52,188 nucleotides of DNA from Candidatus Curtissbacteria bacterium. GTDB lineage: Bacteria; Patescibacteriota; Microgenomatia; Curtissbacterales; GWA2-41-24. The position numbers and the translations under genes are program-made. Positions 47,617-52,188 of the stretch are shown in pieces. The notes under the pieces were generated by a model, which was not told the origin of the DNA, made no database searches, and saw only the letters and a list, made by a program, of their open reading frames with translations. The stretch covers positions 78,128-130,315 of the forward strand of contig JBBQJY010000001.1 in NCBI GenBank assembly GCA_038326365.1. The letters are read 5' to 3'. How positions within the stretch are numbered: the stretch's first letter is position 1; every line of letters starts with the position of its first letter.

Positions 47617-47645
47617 TTGCAAACATATTTCTTATAGGTTATAAT
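47617..47645 (+). promoter_or_regulatory. sigma70 promoter of pnp
   Basis: TTGCAA, 17 nt, TATAAT. Confidence 0.75.
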
Positions 47646-47653
47646 GTGTTTGG

Positions 47654-47738
47654 TAAGAGTTTAGGGCTGTTGGAAGTTGAGTAGTAAGAATCACAAATGT
47701 TTCTTAGTACCCGATTTCTAACCCCCCTTCTTCTCTTA
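47654..47738 (+). promoter_or_regulatory. Long stem-loop occupying the pnp 5' UTR (RNase III-type leader)
   Basis: 47670-47690 pairs with 47701-47721 (21 positions: 3 G-U, 2 mismatches); outer TAAGAG/CTCTTA closes the structure. Confidence 0.7.
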
Positions 47739-47748
47739 ATCGTATTTT

Positions 47749-49947
47749 ATGCAAAAAGTAGTAAAAAAAGAGATTGCTCTGGGCAACAATAAATTGACCT
47801 TAGAGACAGGCGAGTTAGCTTATCAGGCTAATGGATCTGTTCTGGCAACGTATGGGGAAACTGTCGTCTTGGCAACAGTAGTTGCTCAGGACGCGCCGCA
47901 ATCAGTAGATTATTTTCCCCTTTCGGTTGAATATGAAGAAAAACTTTATGCCGGTGGCAAGATTTCCACATCTCGATTCATAAAACGCGAGACTAGACCC
48001 ACAGAACAGGCAGTATTAACATCTCGTCTCATCGACAGAAGCATACGACCGCTTTTCCCTAAGGATTATCAAGCAGAAATTCAAGTCATTGTTACGGTCT
48101 TATCCGTTGACGGCCAAAACGCTCCGGACGTTATCGCCCTAATTGCGACATCAGCAGCCTTGTCAATTTCCGATATTCCTTGGAATGGGCCATTATCTGG
48201 GCTGAGAGTTGCCATGGTTAAGGATGCAATGATTGTCAATCCCACTCAGAGCGAAAGAGAGCTTGCAAAGTTGCAGACAATCGTCGCCTCAAACAGAAAA
48301 GATGTAGCCATGATTGAAGCGGAGGGCGATGAAGTTGAGGAAAAACACATTGCTCAAGCCATGGATATGGCAGTAAAAGAGGGCAATAAAGTTATCGATC
48401 TAATTGAAGAATTGACGAAAACCGCAGGTAAACAAAAAACTAAATACGAACCTCAAAAAGCAGATGCGGCCGTTGAGAAAGAGGTAAAAGAATTCATAAA
48501 AGCCGAAATAATGAAAGATTTTCAAGGTAGCGCAAGTCAGGATGAAGGCTGGTTCGGAGACACTATGAAAGTTTTGGAAGAAAAATTTATAGGCGAAGAA
48601 GGCAAAATTAGCGGCAAAATTTTGGCAACAATATTAGAAGATGAGGTCGCTGAATTTTTACGACATGAAATATTAGTTAATAAAAAAAGACCAGATGGCA
48701 GAAAACCTGATGATATTCGAGAACTTACCACGAAAATAGGCTTGCTTCCTAGAACGCACGGATCTGCAATCTTTCAAAGAGGGGACACTCAAGTCCTTTC
48801 GATTGCCACTCTCGGTTCCCCTGCCTTAGGCCAGCTGATAGAAGGTATGGAAGGCGAAGAGACAAGGCGCTATATGCATCATTACAATTTCCCACCTTTC
48901 TCTGTAGGTGAAGCAAGAAGAAGAGGAGCTCCCGGTAGACGAGAAATTGGGCATGGTGCCTTAGCGGAAAAAGCTGTTCGCCCGGTCATCCCTGCCAACG
49001 ACGTTTTTCCCTATACAATCAGAATTGTATCTGAAGTGTTGTCATCAGCAGGCTCAACTTCTCAAGCCTCTGTTTGTGGTTCGACTCTTGCACTTATGGA
49101 CGCCGGTGTCCCAATAAAAGAACCTGTAGCCGGAATTTCAATTGGCCTGATAACAGACAATAAAGATAAATCCAAATATGTAACTATTGTCGATATTGCA
49201 TACCAAGAGGATGCTCAAGGGGATATGGATTTCAAAGTAGCCGGCACCAAAAACGGAGTAACAGCAATTCAGATGGACACGAAGCTGGAAGGTGTTCCAG
49301 TTAAAATCCTGGAAGAGGCGCTCGAAAAAGCAAAGGTCGCTCGATTCAAGATTTTAGAGAAAATTTTAGAAACGATCCCGCAATCTCGAAAAGAAATCAG
49401 CAAGCATGCACCAAAGGTTATCTTGATTAAAATTGATCCAACTAAAATTGGGGAAGTTATTGGCTCTGGAGGCAGAACAATTAACAAAATCATTGCCGAA
49501 ACTGGAGCATCAATCGACATAAATGACGAGGGAACTGTAATGATCAGCAGCAGAGACCCGGAAGCATGTCAAAAAGCAGCTCAATGGGTCGAAGGCATTG
49601 TCAAATTGCCTGAACCAGGCGAAGAGTATGAGGGCCCAGTCAAGAGAATTCTTCCGTTTGGTGCAATGGTCGAAATTTTACCGGGTAAAGAGGGACTGGT
49701 GCACATTTCTAAAATGGCCACCCATCGCGTTGAAAAAGTAGAAGATGTGGTTAAAATAGGCCAGATCGTAAAAGTTTACGTTGCCGAAATCGATGACCAA
49801 GGTCGAGTTAATCTTTCCATGATTACCAAAGAGGAAGCACAAAATCGTCAGGGGGAAAGTTCCGAAAATAGAGACAGATTTAGCTCAAGAGATCAAGGCC
49901 AAGGAGACAGAGGCAGGGATAGACGCAGGGGCGGCAAAAGGTTCTAA
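47749..49947 (+). CDS. pnp: Polyribonucleotide nucleotidyltransferase
   Basis: LETG.LA.QA, FPLSVEYEEK, RLIDRSIRPLF, HGSAIFQRG, RREIGHG and GDMDFKVAG motifs; KH and S1 domains. Confidence 0.97.
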   Translation: MQKVVKKEIALGNNKLTLETGELAYQANGSVLATYGETVVLATVVAQDAPQSVDYFPLSVEYEEKLYAGGKISTSRFIKRETRPTEQAVLTSRLIDRSIRPLFPKDYQAEIQVIVTVLSVDGQNAPDVIALIATSAALSISDIPWNGPLSGLRVAMVKDAMIVNPTQSERELAKLQTIVASNRKDVAMIEAEGDEVEEKHIAQAMDMAVKEGNKVIDLIEELTKTAGKQKTKYEPQKADAAVEKEVKEFIKAEIMKDFQGSASQDEGWFGDTMKVLEEKFIGEEGKISGKILATILEDEVAEFLRHEILVNKKRPDGRKPDDIRELTTKIGLLPRTHGSAIFQRGDTQVLSIATLGSPALGQLIEGMEGEETRRYMHHYNFPPFSVGEARRRGAPGRREIGHGALAEKAVRPVIPANDVFPYTIRIVSEVLSSAGSTSQASVCGSTLALMDAGVPIKEPVAGISIGLITDNKDKSKYVTIVDIAYQEDAQGDMDFKVAGTKNGVTAIQMDTKLEGVPVKILEEALEKAKVARFKILEKILETIPQSRKEISKHAPKVILIKIDPTKIGEVIGSGGRTINKIIAETGASIDINDEGTVMISSRDPEACQKAAQWVEGIVKLPEPGEEYEGPVKRILPFGAMVEILPGKEGLVHISKMATHRVEKVEDVVKIGQIVKVYVAEIDDQGRVNLSMITKEEAQNRQGESSENRDRFSSRDQGQGDRGRDRRRGGKRF

Positions 49948-49956
49948 AATAAAGTA

Positions 49957-50913
49957 ATGAAACATCTTCCCAAAATCTTCTTGGGAATTTTGATCCTCAT
50001 AATACTTGTAGTAGGCACAATTATTTTCCATATTAAAAGTAACTCTGCTGAAAATAAATTTACTCTGAGCCTCAAGCAGGATAAATTCAAACTTGAGTTC
50101 CAAATCAATTCCGACAAACATCTATTTGAAAAATTTCTCGAAAGCCTAACCGTTCCCCAAGATGTCACGCAAGGACTTTCGGTAGATCTTGACGCCACTT
50201 CAACAGCTAAATTGGCATTTGTAAGTCCCATCAGTGGCAATTTCGCCATTAAGGCCAACACTCTTAAGTTTGATGCCAAATTTGACAGGGACCTACAACT
50301 TTATGTTTTCAATATATCGCAAATAAAAATTCCACAAAAAGTCGCACTTTCAGTTTTTGGTCCTGACCTGACCACCTTAGTACTTAAAAATCTTGACATC
50401 TCTCAAAATCAAAAAGAAAATCTTAAAAAGAATATGGGAAATTTAGATGGCCAATACTTGACACTGTACCCAAATGGTCAATTTGCGCTCTACTATAAAA
50501 AAGAGAATCTGCCCTTTGATAATTTCAAAGAAGTACCTTTAGATTCAGATGCACAAACTCCGATTAAAGTTCATGTTTTAGAAACAGATCCTCAAACCAA
50601 AAATCAGCCTCTCTTGACCATTTTTGAAGAAAACGATTTTAAAGTGCTCACCTCCTCGGCTGAGTTGGCTAAGGAAATATTGGATACAAAAGACAAAAAA
50701 TCATTTCCATCTTCAAACAAAACAGCCTCAGTCGTTCTGAATTATGACAAAACTGCAGACAAGTTAACAAACACTTTTTTTAAATTCCTCTTAAATGAAG
50801 GATCGATCAATCCAATCAATAAATCCAAAATAGAAAACTCTCTGGAAAAAATAAAAAAAGCAGAATTTGTTTTGAACGATCAGACCATTTCTGCTTTAAT
50901 TAACCTTGAATGA
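49957..50913 (+). CDS. N-anchored hypothetical protein
   Basis: 318 aa with an N-terminal TM; no recognised motif. Confidence 0.65.
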   Translation: MKHLPKIFLGILILIILVVGTIIFHIKSNSAENKFTLSLKQDKFKLEFQINSDKHLFEKFLESLTVPQDVTQGLSVDLDATSTAKLAFVSPISGNFAIKANTLKFDAKFDRDLQLYVFNISQIKIPQKVALSVFGPDLTTLVLKNLDISQNQKENLKKNMGNLDGQYLTLYPNGQFALYYKKENLPFDNFKEVPLDSDAQTPIKVHVLETDPQTKNQPLLTIFEENDFKVLTSSAELAKEILDTKDKKSFPSSNKTASVVLNYDKTADKLTNTFFKFLLNEGSINPINKSKIENSLEKIKKAEFVLNDQTISALINLE

Positions 50914-51959
50914 ATTCTACTCCTGCCCAATTTGACGATATCCGCCTTCTTGAAAATAAACTAAGAAGTATTACCCTGCCGCCTCCTTTGCTACAAAAAG
51001 GCCAAGCCAACATAGATCGTCTTGTTCGGCTAGCTTCATCCAAGGGCTATAGCGAAGAATATGATTCTGTTGCACGATTTTTGGATTGGATCTCATCACT
51101 TCCTTGGGACAAACGCAGCGAAGATATTTTGTCTGTGGAAACTGCCAAAAAAGTCTTAGACCAAAACCATTTCGGACTTGAGAAAATTAAAGAAAGAATT
51201 CTTGAGTTTATTGCCATAGAAAGTTTAAAAAAAGCCAAAGGAGAAAGATTTCACGCGCCCGCTTTTTTGCTTTTGGGTCTTGTCGGTACAGGTAAAACTA
51301 CTATGGCTTACTCAATAGCCCAAGCACTCGGCCGTAAATTCGGAAGAATTCCTATGGGAGGCATGGGTGACGCTCTCCAGCTTCGTGGTCGCGCTCGAGC
51401 TTATCCGGATGCCGAGCCCGGACAAATTATGAAAGTACTAAGGAGGGTAGGAACCAAAAACCCGGTCATCTTGCTCGACGAAATCGATCGTGTAACCACT
51501 GAAGCCAAAGCAGATATAATGGGTGTTTTGGTTGAGTTGCTTGATCCCGAGCAAAATGCCGCTTTTTTAGATCATTTTGTTGATTACCCCTTCGATCTTT
51601 CAGAAGTCATTTTCATAACAACAGCCAACAACACAGCCGGTATCGCCACGGCTGTTCTCGACCGTTTGGAAGTCATCGAAATGCCTAGCTACACAGATGA
51701 GCAAAAAATAACAATTGGTAAACAATATTTGTTGCCCAGAGCTATTGCAGAAACAGGCTTAGAGCCGACTGATATATCCATAGAAGATAATGTTTGGCAA
51801 GAAATTGTCAGGCCGTTAGGATTCGATGCTGGTATGAGAACGCTAGATCGGACGATAAAAGGGATTTGTGCCAAAATAGCCAAACAAAAACTTTTAGGTA
51901 ACCTTTCAAAGTTTACCCTTAATGCGCAAAATTACAAAGAGTACTTACCCACTTATTAA
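50910..51959 (+). CDS. Lon-type AAA+ ATPase module without N-terminal and protease domains
   Basis: FLDWISSLPW, LDQNHFGLEKIKERILEF, GLVGTGKT, NPVILLDEID, LLDPEQNAAFLDHF, FDLSEVIFITTAN and LDRLEVIE; ends before the Ser-Lys domain. Confidence 0.88.
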   Translation: MNSTPAQFDDIRLLENKLRSITLPPPLLQKGQANIDRLVRLASSKGYSEEYDSVARFLDWISSLPWDKRSEDILSVETAKKVLDQNHFGLEKIKERILEFIAIESLKKAKGERFHAPAFLLLGLVGTGKTTMAYSIAQALGRKFGRIPMGGMGDALQLRGRARAYPDAEPGQIMKVLRRVGTKNPVILLDEIDRVTTEAKADIMGVLVELLDPEQNAAFLDHFVDYPFDLSEVIFITTANNTAGIATAVLDRLEVIEMPSYTDEQKITIGKQYLLPRAIAETGLEPTDISIEDNVWQEIVRPLGFDAGMRTLDRTIKGICAKIAKQKLLGNLSKFTLNAQNYKEYLPTY

Positions 51960-52188
51960 AATAGCTTCAGGCTAAACTCTAAATAAATGATAAAAGCAGG
52001 AATTATTAAGTTTAAAATTATTCGAGAGTAACGCTCGCAGAACGGTCACGAGGCCTTTTTTGAAAGTTGCGAAGTAACCTATAGCATTATAATTGAATCT
52101 ATTGTAGAATGAGAAAAATGCACACTCGTCGATATAATAAAAGATAAAAAACTAATCCAATAAATCTTGAAAAAAATTCCGTAATTTA

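Noticed and set aside
51960-52188. Terminal region with TATAAT and short ORF MRKMHTRRYNKR
   Set aside because: Too short and cut by the window edge; no Lon protease-like continuation found.
1-52188. CRISPR arrays, tRNA/rRNA genes, IS elements, reverse transcriptase/DGR
   Set aside because: By eye I saw no spaced direct repeats, cloverleafs, transposase or RT motifs. tRNAscan-SE, Infernal and a self dot-plot would be needed to exclude them fully.

Overview
A gene-dense, AT-rich bacterial chromosome segment using code 11 (TGA acts as stop). Its compact proteins (short IF2, short TPI, DnaJ without a zinc finger), monoderm-type envelope genes and '...STFKF' PsbP-like family point to a Patescibacteria/CPR genome, probably Microgenomates; this is inferred, not checked phylogenetically. 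Housekeeping genes include metG, tatD, a class A PBP, rmuC, two UvrD-family helicases, femX, trxA, tpiA, an LCP protein, rpsT, murJ, lepA, yjjX, CIRCE-hrcA-grpE-dnaK-(unknown)-dnaJ, nusA-infB-(degenerate DHH)-rpsO-pnp and a Lon-type AAA+ module. I recognised no rRNA, tRNA, CRISPR array or transposase. The strongest candidate for an undescribed system is the six-gene operon at 14445-18839. It encodes an MsrQ-like haem reductase fused to a tandem HxHP domain, three exported membrane-tethered proteins that each expose His as mature residue 1 (one is YcnI-like), a hidden 30-aa membrane peptide and a membrane-anchored SAM methyltransferase. Together these suggest a cell-surface copper/metal reduction and capture system. 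Other notable items: a barrel-only pyruvate kinase, a Lon ATPase with no protease domain, frequent leaderless promoters, structured nusA and pnp leaders, a minimal LPxAG sortase-like substrate, a doubly lesioned pseudogene and several ORFs missing from the supplied track.
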